Below, piece after piece: positions 14,355 through 23,137 of a DNA stretch of 39,186 nt (positions are counted from its first letter, which is position 1; every line of letters starts with the position of its first letter). The notes under the pieces were generated by a model, which saw only the letters and a list, made by a program, of their open reading frames with translations, was not told the origin of the DNA and did not search any database. A program made the translations under genes and the position numbers. Origin of the DNA: a virus; the IMG/VR virus record IMGVR_UViG_3300045988_093233, positions 1-39,186 of that record; one strand, 5' to 3'.

Positions 14355-17300
14355 CTAGTACGGACTGTGTTTCGCCGTACTAAGCGCCAAAAATATTGCC
14401 CTCTTCTGCGCAGTACTGAATCCGCTGTTTTGATTAAAAAAGGACACAATTTCGTCTTTGCTGTAGCTTCCGTTTCCGTTTGCGTCTATGACTTCTGCCA
14501 CTTGGTCTAATTGATCAGGTGTAACGCCCGATTGCTTTAGCCAAGTTGCACGCTGAACGGCTCGTTCTGATGTCATAACTGATGCCACATCCACAGATTG
14601 ACCATTATCGAGTAAAGCATATGCTTGACCGATAGACTTCTTGTACCCACTGTCCTTTACGATGGTTTTTGCAGTATTTACATCGTCCAACGTAACACCG
14701 CGTTTCTTTAATTCTGTTGCATCATCAATCGCACTTTGAGATGTCATAGCCTTTGCTAATTCCGGAGATTTTCCGCTTTCCAAGAGTGCATACGCCTTGG
14801 CAACGTTGCTGTCGTAGCCTTGCACGATGCTCTTTGCCTCTGCATAATCTTCTTTGCTGATGCCAAGTTTCTTGAATTTCTTTTCATAGCTTTGCTTCTG
14901 CTGTGTATTCATTTGCGTTTCATATTCCGGATTATCTTGATACGCAGAAACAGCCGATTGCACCCTTTGGCTTGCGCTGCGGGCTATCTCATTCTTCTGT
15001 TCTCTGATTGCTTTGATTTGACGATCCTTTTCTGCTTTCGATAGACCGCTAGACAAAATCTCGCGTTCTTGCTTAGACAAGTCGGATAATTCCTGTTGAA
15101 TAGCACTGTATGTCTTATTTTCGACATACGCTTGACCTTTGCCGCCAGTCAAGATTTTTTCGTCATTCGCGGCACGTTCCGCATTTTCCTTGTTATCGTA
15201 GAAATCGGAAACAACGCCCGATGAGAATCTAGGGTCTGCGGTGAACCTGTTGACAAATGGGTCTATTGTAGCACCTTTGATTCTTTCTCCTATACCCTGC
15301 AGCTGCGGGTCAGTTACCGCTTGACCTACTTGCCCTAAATACCCTCCGAAACTGTCAAGCAGATAATCGACTTTCATCGGACTTTTTAAAGTGTCTGATG
15401 GTATTCCGAGGTTATTTGCCACATTAGAAATCCCCTTTGCAAGTCCGCTTGTCGAGTAGTCATATTGCAGCTGCGGCGAAACATTTTCAAGATTTTTCGG
15501 AACGATAGAACGCCCCGCAAAGTCCTTGTTCTGCGGCAAGTTTAGGACAAGCGGAGAAAGAACATTGTCTGTAAGCGGATTCGGAGGAAGAAAGTTTGTT
15601 TTTAGTGTTTCCGCGTATCCGTTCCAAGGGTTGGCTTCTCCGCTCAAATATCCCGCGATAACGTCCATTGATGATGCAAATATTGACCCGTATTCTCTAT
15701 TGAGCGGGATTTTGATAAATGTCTTTGCATTTCCGCTCTCATCAATCTCCCCTGCAAGGTTTGGAATGCAGAAGTAGTTCTGTTTGGTTCTGTCGTTAAG
15801 GTCTTGATAATGCGGGTTTGACCAGTTATTTACCATTAAAAGCGCATACGGAACGCCAACGACTTCAAGGCTCCTCGCCGCTGTTCTGACTGGATGTGCC
15901 TTGGCTGTTCTAACAAACTTGTCAATACCTTGTACTGCCGCATTGAGGTAAAGCGTCCATGCGTCAAGGAATTTTGTGACCTCTCCCGCTCTCGAGAAGT
16001 TTACTGTCACTTCCGCTGATTCTGTCAATGCCCTTGCTGCATCTCCATGCGCTTCCATAGAGGACATAAACTCTGCAAATCTAGGTATGGATTCTGTTGC
16101 TTCACCGACGGAGCCAAGGACTGTTTTCATGCCCTCCCATATATTCCTAATAGGATTTTTGCTCAAAGACAAATTCTTTTCAAAACCCTTATGCGCCTTG
16201 ATATATCCGGAGGACTTACCGCCTAAAGCAAGGTATCTTTGCCACATATCGCCGTTTGTTGCCATTTCCTTGATGCCTCTGAACATATTCTTTGTCGTTT
16301 TGAGCATTCCATATTCAGATTGAATCAAAGCTGTAGGAATATCTCTTGCGGCATTCGATACGGCGAACAATGGGTTATATCCTGTAATACCGGCTTTTAA
16401 TGGGTTCGTAAGGGACTTTCCGATGTTTGCAAACATCTGCATTTGCGGCGAACCAATGACATTATCAAGTTTTCCAAAAGCCTCCGCTAGGTCCTTGTTG
16501 ATGTAGGCTGTGACTTTTTGACCGTTTTCCATTGCGGATATGGTGTATACTTTGGAGTTTACTTCTTTCAACGCTTCTTGGTCTGCTAATGACAAAAACT
16601 CATCAATATCCGTTCCGCTGATTGGTGAAGTTTTGCTCTTAACGATACCAAATCTTTTGAGATTTTCGGGGTCTTTCCGCAGCGTGTCAATAACGCTAAG
16701 ATACATGTCATTTTTTCGTGTTGATTTCACAAGCTGCTGAACCTGTTCCATCATTGCATCTTCAATCGGCACTCTGTCAAGCGTTGTACCAGCTTTGGCA
16801 CCCTTTGTTCCGGCATCAACGGCGAACTTGCTTCCGCCTACTCTAACGCCCTTGTCTTTCATAAAAGCAGGAACATAGTTTGGATACATGTCGTTCATGG
16901 CTTTCCATGCCTGTTCGTTCATTCTTCCTGTATCAACAAGCCAAGCATGGGTGAATTTCCTCCAAAACGAATTTTTATTGTCGTTTAGTTGTGGAAATTC
17001 CGGATTATCTTTAATGATCTCGGATATTCTTTTCTTTGACATGTCAGGCGTCACATTAACATCAAGCGGCTTTCCTTGTTCCCATCTAGCTAAATTATTA
17101 AGATGCTGTGCATATTCGTTGAATTCTTTCGATTTTTTCGATATTGGCTCGAAGACTTCTCTGAAAGACCGATCATCAATAACATTTCCTTTAGGGTCTA
17201 CAAGATGGTTAGAGAATATATATTCCGCAGTTCCGCTTGCGCTTCTTGTCGCTTGAACCGCATCTGCCGCGCGTCTGTCTCCGGATGCCTTGGAAAGCCT

Positions 17301-18725
17301 GTCAATCTCGTGCTGTTGGTTTACAGTAGCTTTGTAGAATTTATCAAACTTCCCGCTTGCGTTTTCCATCGCTTCTTGAACAGTTTTGATGTCCGGATTG
17401 ACAATTCCAAGGTTTTGTTTCCCTACAACGTCAAAGCCCCCGACCTTTGTCTCTTTGCCGGAAGGTGTTACCTTGACTTCTTCGGCAGCCTGTTTGATAG
17501 GCGGAGCAATTTCAGCGTCCTTAAACGCTTGGTTCGGTCTGGCTACATCTGCACCAAGGTCTTTTAGCTTGACATTATTTTGGGAATTTGATATACTTTG
17601 ATTAAGAGTTGATTCTAAATCGACTGCGGTAGGTTGTGGACCTACGTCGGCAGCCGATTTTGGGATTAGCTCTATTTTTTTGGCATTGTGCGTCTTCCCA
17701 GATATCTCAACTGAATTTTTAACGCTATTAGCTGTTGGAAGTTCCATTTTAGGATCGATTTTGACGTTTTCGGCCTGTTTTGCTACGGTTTTAGGCAATT
17801 CTACCTTTGGTGTGACTTCGTCCTTTACAGCCTGTTTTACGACTTTTGGAAGTTCTTTCTTGACAGCTTTCTTTGAGCCCTTTAAGGCTTTTACCACCGG
17901 AATTGCTTCCATGACACCGCCAGTAACAGCATTGATTCCGGCATTGACCGCCATGTCCTTGGCAAGTTCTTTGCCTTTTTTGCCCTCGCCTCTTGCCAAG
18001 CCTAAATCCATCGCAGTACCAACAGTAGCATCTGCGATTGCGTTCTTGGTAGCACTCTTTAAGACCTGTTTTGTAGCTTCCTCGCCGATTTTCTTGCCGA
18101 CTTTGCTCGCAACGGCTTTTTCGGTTGCTTTTTTGCCTGCTTTAGTAGCAAGTACTTTTCCTGCAGCCTTTGTAGTCGCTTTTTCAGCCGCCCCATAGCC
18201 AGTAGCATAACCAAGCATTTCGCCTGCGATGTTTCCTATTTTCCTAGATTTTTCAGCGGTCTTTGTAGGCGGCTTGATAATTTTGCCGCCTTTTTCCATC
18301 TTATCGCTAAGTTTTTTCCCCTTTACGATGCTGTATGCTGTACCAGGAAGCGAGGAATTGACAAATCCCTCGCCCAAGCCAGTATAGAATTGACCGACTT
18401 TATCATTCTTAAATCCGCCTTTTCTGTTGTACTCTGCTTTCTTCTCTTTGGCAATCTGATCTTGCACCTTTTGTCGTTCTGCGGTCGGCAAAAAGTCAGA
18501 TTTAATGTCGCGCCAAAGCCAGTCAGCTTGCTGTTTGACCTTTTCCTTTAAGGTTTTTTTCTTCTTGTCTTGTCCGGATTTCCCGAATTTCGATGCTTGG
18601 CTGTTTTTCTTTGGCAGAGGAATATCGGTTCTCTTGACTTTTATATCGCTTTTCTTGATTTTACTGCCGAATTTCGATGCTTGGCTATTCGCCATCGGCA
18701 GAGGAATATCAGTTCTCTTTGCCAT
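14355..18725 (-). CDS. Very large virion-associated protein (1456 aa; internal/ejection or tape-measure-like role)
   Basis: Size and position between the tail genes and lysis. Ala/Lys-rich N-terminal third with a 28-aa duplication. C-terminal ~55-aa repeats and an EF-hand-like DANGNGSYSKDEI. Confidence 0.55.
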   Translation of the reverse strand: MAKRTDIPLPMANSQASKFGSKIKKSDIKVKRTDIPLPKKNSQASKFGKSGQDKKKKTLKEKVKQQADWLWRDIKSDFLPTAERQKVQDQIAKEKKAEYNRKGGFKNDKVGQFYTGLGEGFVNSSLPGTAYSIVKGKKLSDKMEKGGKIIKPPTKTAEKSRKIGNIAGEMLGYATGYGAAEKATTKAAGKVLATKAGKKATEKAVASKVGKKIGEEATKQVLKSATKNAIADATVGTAMDLGLARGEGKKGKELAKDMAVNAGINAVTGGVMEAIPVVKALKGSKKAVKKELPKVVKQAVKDEVTPKVELPKTVAKQAENVKIDPKMELPTANSVKNSVEISGKTHNAKKIELIPKSAADVGPQPTAVDLESTLNQSISNSQNNVKLKDLGADVARPNQAFKDAEIAPPIKQAAEEVKVTPSGKETKVGGFDVVGKQNLGIVNPDIKTVQEAMENASGKFDKFYKATVNQQHEIDRLSKASGDRRAADAVQATRSASGTAEYIFSNHLVDPKGNVIDDRSFREVFEPISKKSKEFNEYAQHLNNLARWEQGKPLDVNVTPDMSKKRISEIIKDNPEFPQLNDNKNSFWRKFTHAWLVDTGRMNEQAWKAMNDMYPNYVPAFMKDKGVRVGGSKFAVDAGTKGAKAGTTLDRVPIEDAMMEQVQQLVKSTRKNDMYLSVIDTLRKDPENLKRFGIVKSKTSPISGTDIDEFLSLADQEALKEVNSKVYTISAMENGQKVTAYINKDLAEAFGKLDNVIGSPQMQMFANIGKSLTNPLKAGITGYNPLFAVSNAARDIPTALIQSEYGMLKTTKNMFRGIKEMATNGDMWQRYLALGGKSSGYIKAHKGFEKNLSLSKNPIRNIWEGMKTVLGSVGEATESIPRFAEFMSSMEAHGDAARALTESAEVTVNFSRAGEVTKFLDAWTLYLNAAVQGIDKFVRTAKAHPVRTAARSLEVVGVPYALLMVNNWSNPHYQDLNDRTKQNYFCIPNLAGEIDESGNAKTFIKIPLNREYGSIFASSMDVIAGYLSGEANPWNGYAETLKTNFLPPNPLTDNVLSPLVLNLPQNKDFAGRSIVPKNLENVSPQLQYDYSTSGLAKGISNVANNLGIPSDTLKSPMKVDYLLDSFGGYLGQVGQAVTDPQLQGIGERIKGATIDPFVNRFTADPRFSSGVVSDFYDNKENAERAANDEKILTGGKGQAYVENKTYSAIQQELSDLSKQEREILSSGLSKAEKDRQIKAIREQKNEIARSASQRVQSAVSAYQDNPEYETQMNTQQKQSYEKKFKKLGISKEDYAEAKSIVQGYDSNVAKAYALLESGKSPELAKAMTSQSAIDDATELKKRGVTLDDVNTAKTIVKDSGYKKSIGQAYALLDNGQSVDVASVMTSERAVQRATWLKQSGVTPDQLDQVAEVIDANGNGSYSKDEIVSFFNQNSGFSTAQKRAIFLALSTAKHSPY

Positions 18726-18734
18726 GTAAAACCT

Positions 18735-19982
18735 CTATCGCTTCTTTGTTTTGCCTGCAAAACTTTGTGCTTGTTTGTATATTCCGGATAAAATACTGCT
18801 GCTGTTAGACTTGTTCGGAGTAGAACCCCAAACCCTGCTATAGTTTGTGCTGCTCGTGCTGCTAGGTTTCTTACTAGTCGTGCCATACGTTCTGTTACTC
18901 TTGTTACTCTTGTTATTCTTGTTATTCTTTCTATTATCCGTAACAGTGTAACCCATTGCCTTTGCCGCCGCAGCAGCCGCAGAAGAGTTATTGTAGTGCA
19001 GACGTCCGTCAGAATCCGTCCACACATAGTTCGGATTCCTCGCTTGAATGTTCGATGATACCCTATTATTCCACGCGTTTACCTTGTTCTGTTGCTGTTG
19101 CTGCAAATAGGTCTGTAGTGCAGATAACTCGTTGTTAAGCAACTGCTCACGTTGATTTTTCAAGTCTTCCATCTGCATTTGACCATACCGCTCATCAATA
19201 GAAGATTGTCTAGCTTGGAGTTGAGACATAAGGTCAGCTAGGTTTCCTTGGTACTGACTTCCAAGCTTCGCAAGTGCCTCTTGCAGTGCCGCATCATTGC
19301 TCGCCAATCCGGACGAATAGGCATTTAAGATGCTATTCAATGCTGTTTCACTTGCCCCGCCTGTGATTCCTCCGGAAGACAACTGTTCAGCGAGTTTGTT
19401 TTTATTCTGCCGATATGCAATGTACTGCTGTCTTGCCGCATCACTAGCCGCTTGGTTCGCTTGGTTCACCCCTTGGTTATATACGTTGCTAAGCTGACCC
19501 ATGCTCGTATCGTAGGAACGCTGAATTCCATTCAAAGCCGCATCCCATTGGTCTTGTATGCTTTGATCTGGTTTCAAACTATCATAACCAATAGGATTGA
19601 TTCTTCCGCTTGATAATGCATTATAATATCCTTGAATTACATTGTTTTTATTATTGACCAAGCCACCAGCCAAATTACCGACAATTCCTAATCCAAATCC
19701 ACCCGAAGACGTTCCTCTTGATGGAGAACCACCCGAAGGTGTTCCGCCCGAACTTCCTGTTTTATACAGCTTTCTAAAAGTTTCGTTTCCGACAGTATTT
19801 CCGTAAGAGTTTGACCCTCCAGTCGCTTTTTTATAAGCCGAAAGTGCCGCAGATGTGTTTTTACCCCATATGCCGTCAGCACCGCTCTTACCGACATTGT
19901 ATCCGGAGTTTATCAGTGCATTTTGCATTTTTCTGACTTCCGACTTACTCATGTTATTTCTGTTGTAAATTTTAGATGCCAT
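18735..19982 (-). CDS. Peptidoglycan-binding-domain protein with a Q/N-rich coiled region
   Basis: VRKMQNALINSGYNVGKSGADGIWGKNTSAALSAYKKATG matches PG_binding_1-type repeats. Tandem 9-bp repeats encode NNKNNKSNKSN. Confidence 0.6.
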   Translation of the reverse strand: MASKIYNRNNMSKSEVRKMQNALINSGYNVGKSGADGIWGKNTSAALSAYKKATGGSNSYGNTVGNETFRKLYKTGSSGGTPSGGSPSRGTSSGGFGLGIVGNLAGGLVNNKNNVIQGYYNALSSGRINPIGYDSLKPDQSIQDQWDAALNGIQRSYDTSMGQLSNVYNQGVNQANQAASDAARQQYIAYRQNKNKLAEQLSSGGITGGASETALNSILNAYSSGLASNDAALQEALAKLGSQYQGNLADLMSQLQARQSSIDERYGQMQMEDLKNQREQLLNNELSALQTYLQQQQQNKVNAWNNRVSSNIQARNPNYVWTDSDGRLHYNNSSAAAAAAKAMGYTVTDNRKNNKNNKSNKSNRTYGTTSKKPSSTSSTNYSRVWGSTPNKSNSSSILSGIYKQAQSFAGKTKKR

Positions 19983-20155
19983 CTTATATCCCTTTCTAAA
20001 ATTTTTTTATAATCGTGTCAGCTTTTGATGCCAAAAACGTGTTATATATAGATAACCCCGAAACACAAAGATTTTGATGCATCTGAATCTGATGTGATAG
20101 ATTAGTTCATCACATATCGTCAGAAGATTTAACAAATTGTGTTTTCGGGGTTATT

Positions 20156-20512
20156 CTAAAATTGAGTGAAATACTCACCATCTGCCAGTTCCGGCGGCAT
20201 GCCTGCCTTGATGCAAACATATCTCTTGACGCCGTCTGTGTAGTAATAGTTCTCGTATACTTCCATACCAACTTTGAACCTAATCGGCTTATCTGCCGTT
20301 CCCTCTGCGTTAGGGTCAGCTTCTTCAACCCACGTTATGGCTCCACCAGCTTTTGCTTGGTGCGGAGTCCATTTATATCCGGGTCTTGGTGTGACGATAG
20401 ACGGCTTTTCCTCAATAGTGATGCCCACCTGTTCGACAATGTTGAGTGTTGTCTTACCAGCTCTAATAGCCTCTTTGATTGCTTCAAATCTCTCCGTCTG
20501 TCTGCTATCCAT
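20156..20512 (-). CDS. Hypothetical virion/tail-associated protein
   Basis: ORF trimmed to MDSRQTERF..., overlapping the upstream stop by 8 nt. Confidence 0.5.
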   Translation of the reverse strand: MDSRQTERFEAIKEAIRAGKTTLNIVEQVGITIEEKPSIVTPRPGYKWTPHQAKAGGAITWVEEADPNAEGTADKPIRFKVGMEVYENYYYTDGVKRYVCIKAGMPPELADGEYFTQF

Positions 20513-20729
20513 TGATCCCCACCTCTTTCTCCAATTCGTCCAAAATAACGTCAACATCACCAACTGGCGGTTTCATAAATTCTTCAATTTGTGCCTTTGC
20601 GTTTTCCTCATAGGAAATGTTTTTGTTAGGAATAAACGGCTCGTATTGGTGAACATGAAACAGTGAATCGTTTCTGTCATAAATGTGATATCCGTTGTCC
20701 TCGATTACATAGTATAAATCTTTTTCCAT
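20505..20729 (-). CDS. Hypothetical protein (74 aa)
   Basis: ORF trimmed to MEKDLYYVIED..., right after the fibre-tip gene. Confidence 0.5.
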   Translation of the reverse strand: MEKDLYYVIEDNGYHIYDRNDSLFHVHQYEPFIPNKNISYEENAKAQIEEFMKPPVGDVDVILDELEKEVGING

Positions 20730-20731
20730 TT

Positions 20732-21748
20732 TTAACCCTCCAAACATAGTATTTTTTCTCTGACAAAAAAGTTGCTATATAAACCATTTCCTCCATCCTG
20801 TATTCTTGAATACCCAGATAAAAGAGTGAATTTTCCCTTAAACATCAAAAGGGCTCCAGAACACGAATAGTAAGGTGCAATTATACTATTATCATATGTG
20901 TTTCCTGATGTTATCTCTGCAAATTGTGCGCTCGATTTTGGAAGATACATAAAGTGGTTATCATCTATTAAAAAAGGAATGTTTTGTAACGATTCATCAT
21001 ACAGTGGGATTTTATTTAAAAAATCAGTAGAATAATCACTCCAAGACGTTCCATCAAATCGCTTAAAGAACCGCGTTTCTTCTGATTGTAAATTATTTGG
21101 ATAATTCAGTGCGTATAAATAACCCTCTCTAACGCCATACAGAACATTGGAATGGATAAAAGGGGATCTGTTTGTTACAAGCGTGATTGAGGAACCATCA
21201 AATTTGTAGTGATAGTACTTGTTAGTGTTTTCTTCATAGACTCTAACAAAAAAGTGCAAATCACCAGCATATTCTATCGCCCCATAGGTACTATATATCG
21301 CAGTTGGAACAGTTGCTACTTTTGTAAATGACTTTGTATCTGGATTGAATTTCCAAATTTCTCCATTTGGAATTGATGGGTTTGAACTGTGATACATATA
21401 GATTGTATACAAACTACCTTTGTATTTGCAAAAATAATTGACTACGTCAGTATCATAAGGCATATTACATACAACTTCATGACCTTTTTCATCAAATTTT
21501 ACAAGTAATGCTTTAGTTGCACCTGATGAACCAGTATGTAAAAATCCATACAAATACCCATCAAGCTCAACAGGCTTTCCATAGTATTTGCTTTTTGCAT
21601 TTAATATAGTGTAATTGTTTATAGTCGGAATTTCTCCAACATTCAACCAAGATTTCTTGATTGTAAGATTCATGTCCTTTAATACTGAACCGTCTATTGT
21701 TATATTTTGACCGCCTCCGCCGCCACTTGCGTTGAACCATGTATCCAT
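20732..21748 (-). CDS. Putative receptor-binding protein (beta-propeller/Kelch-like repeats)
   Basis: Periodic Y/F/W-rich beta-strand pattern (GYLYGF, GSLYTIYMY, GDLHFFV, GYLYAL). It follows the fibre gene and is visibly more AT-rich than its neighbours. Confidence 0.5.
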   Translation of the reverse strand: MDTWFNASGGGGGQNITIDGSVLKDMNLTIKKSWLNVGEIPTINNYTILNAKSKYYGKPVELDGYLYGFLHTGSSGATKALLVKFDEKGHEVVCNMPYDTDVVNYFCKYKGSLYTIYMYHSSNPSIPNGEIWKFNPDTKSFTKVATVPTAIYSTYGAIEYAGDLHFFVRVYEENTNKYYHYKFDGSSITLVTNRSPFIHSNVLYGVREGYLYALNYPNNLQSEETRFFKRFDGTSWSDYSTDFLNKIPLYDESLQNIPFLIDDNHFMYLPKSSAQFAEITSGNTYDNSIIAPYYSCSGALLMFKGKFTLLSGYSRIQDGGNGLYSNFFVREKILCLEG

Positions 21749-23134
21749 CTATCTCACCTCAATCTTTACTTTTAATACTTCTTCTAATGGGGCAAACGTC
21801 ATTGATACTTCTCCGTTCGTTACAGAAACAGTTTCCGGTGTAACCTTATACTTATTCGTATAAATATCAATGGTTGAATTTTCTGTAATGGCTGTATTCT
21901 GAAACGCAATACTTGTACCGCCGACTGGAATCGTTCCAATATTGACACTCGGCACCCTTGCTTTTTTATTCAATTCTGCCGTTGTGTCGTTCGGAAGTTT
22001 TGAAACTTTGTTCTTGTCTGTGTCTGTATAGTCATTCTTGGATAGATTTTTGCCTGCAACTTTGTCGACCTTGTTTTTCAGGGCGTCTGTGGTGTTGTCA
22101 GGCAGATTATCTACTTTTCCTTTGTCCGTATTGTTATAATTATTCGCAGACAATCCCATTCCATCGACTTTGTCTACCTTTGTGTCAAGTCCGGCTTTCA
22201 GTTGAGAAGTCGTTGCATAATCTCCACCTGATGCCTCTCTCGCCTGTTCCATGTAGTACTTGGCGTTGTCAACATCTTCACCTTCTCTTGTTCCTGTTCC
22301 GCCTTTTGTATAGGACTGCGCCAAAATAGCGGAATTGTCTGCCGCGTTTGCTCTTTGATTTGCTGTCGTTGCGGCGTTCCCTGCGCTTGTTGCACTTGCA
22401 GAAGCCGCATCTTTTGAAGCCGACGCAGATTCTGAATAGCCCTTAGCCGACTGCTCAAACGTGCTTGCGTTGTTTGCGCTTGCCTCTGCCGCTGTCGCGC
22501 TTCCTGCCGCTGAATTTGCGCTTCCTGCCGCCGCAGAAACATATCCCTCTAAGGTTGATACTGCCGCAAGCGACAAATGGTCTAGTGTGATAGAGTTCGG
22601 TTTCACACTGATGATTACAGAATATTTCGGGTCTTCCGTAACGGAAATCGTATCGGAGTTATTAAAGGTGTATACGTTCAGTAATGATGTGACATCGGTT
22701 TGCGTATAGGTTCCGTCTTGATTCGTTATCCGAAGATATGTTTTTCCGTCAATTTCCATTAACTCGAAACTGGCGGGAATCTTTTCGAGGTCGGTATCAA
22801 TTTCAGTTACAGTTCCGCTCTTTGTAGTGATTTTGAATTTCCCGTCTCCCTTTGTGAAACTGATAGTCTCAACTAAATCATTCGTTTCTTCGGATATCTT
22901 CGCATCAGTCTCTGCCTTTGTGTAACGGGATGCAATATCATCTGCGATGCTGTCAAGCCCAAGAGTTATCAATAAATCGACTAGTGCATTGTGCTTATCC
23001 ATATTCAGCTGCGGGAATTTATCGAAAGCGTCTTTGTTCTGCTCTACGGTTCCGTTTAATCTTCGCCCCGGATTGGACTTGACATAGGTCGCGTTCCGCT
23101 CGCTTTGAAGTATTTTTACGTCAGATAGTGCCAT
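21749..23134 (-). CDS. Tail fibre protein
   Basis: Ala/Ser-rich low-complexity shaft (AAGSANSAAGSATAAEASANNAS...). Repeated KVDKV.G..LS.N.Y...DK.KV motif, common in Gram-positive phage fibres. Confidence 0.65.
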   Translation of the reverse strand: MALSDVKILQSERNATYVKSNPGRRLNGTVEQNKDAFDKFPQLNMDKHNALVDLLITLGLDSIADDIASRYTKAETDAKISEETNDLVETISFTKGDGKFKITTKSGTVTEIDTDLEKIPASFELMEIDGKTYLRITNQDGTYTQTDVTSLLNVYTFNNSDTISVTEDPKYSVIISVKPNSITLDHLSLAAVSTLEGYVSAAAGSANSAAGSATAAEASANNASTFEQSAKGYSESASASKDAASASATSAGNAATTANQRANAADNSAILAQSYTKGGTGTREGEDVDNAKYYMEQAREASGGDYATTSQLKAGLDTKVDKVDGMGLSANNYNNTDKGKVDNLPDNTTDALKNKVDKVAGKNLSKNDYTDTDKNKVSKLPNDTTAELNKKARVPSVNIGTIPVGGTSIAFQNTAITENSTIDIYTNKYKVTPETVSVTNGEVSMTFAPLEEVLKVKIEVR

Positions 23135-23137
23135 GCT

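Noticed and set aside
14820-18729. Numerous plus-strand ORFs (60-172 aa) inside the 1456-aa gene, and similar antisense ORFs inside the portal, TerL, capsid, tail and fibre genes.
   Set aside because: All are embedded antisense in long, uninterrupted minus-strand genes. They are hydrophobic or low-complexity shadow frames without RBSs.
18641-19027. 128-aa minus-strand ORF overlapping both the PG-binding gene and the 1456-aa gene start; also 19688-19897 and 20110-20328.
   Set aside because: These are alternative frames of well-supported genes or of the structured intergenic region. They have Arg-rich junk-like translations and no RBS.
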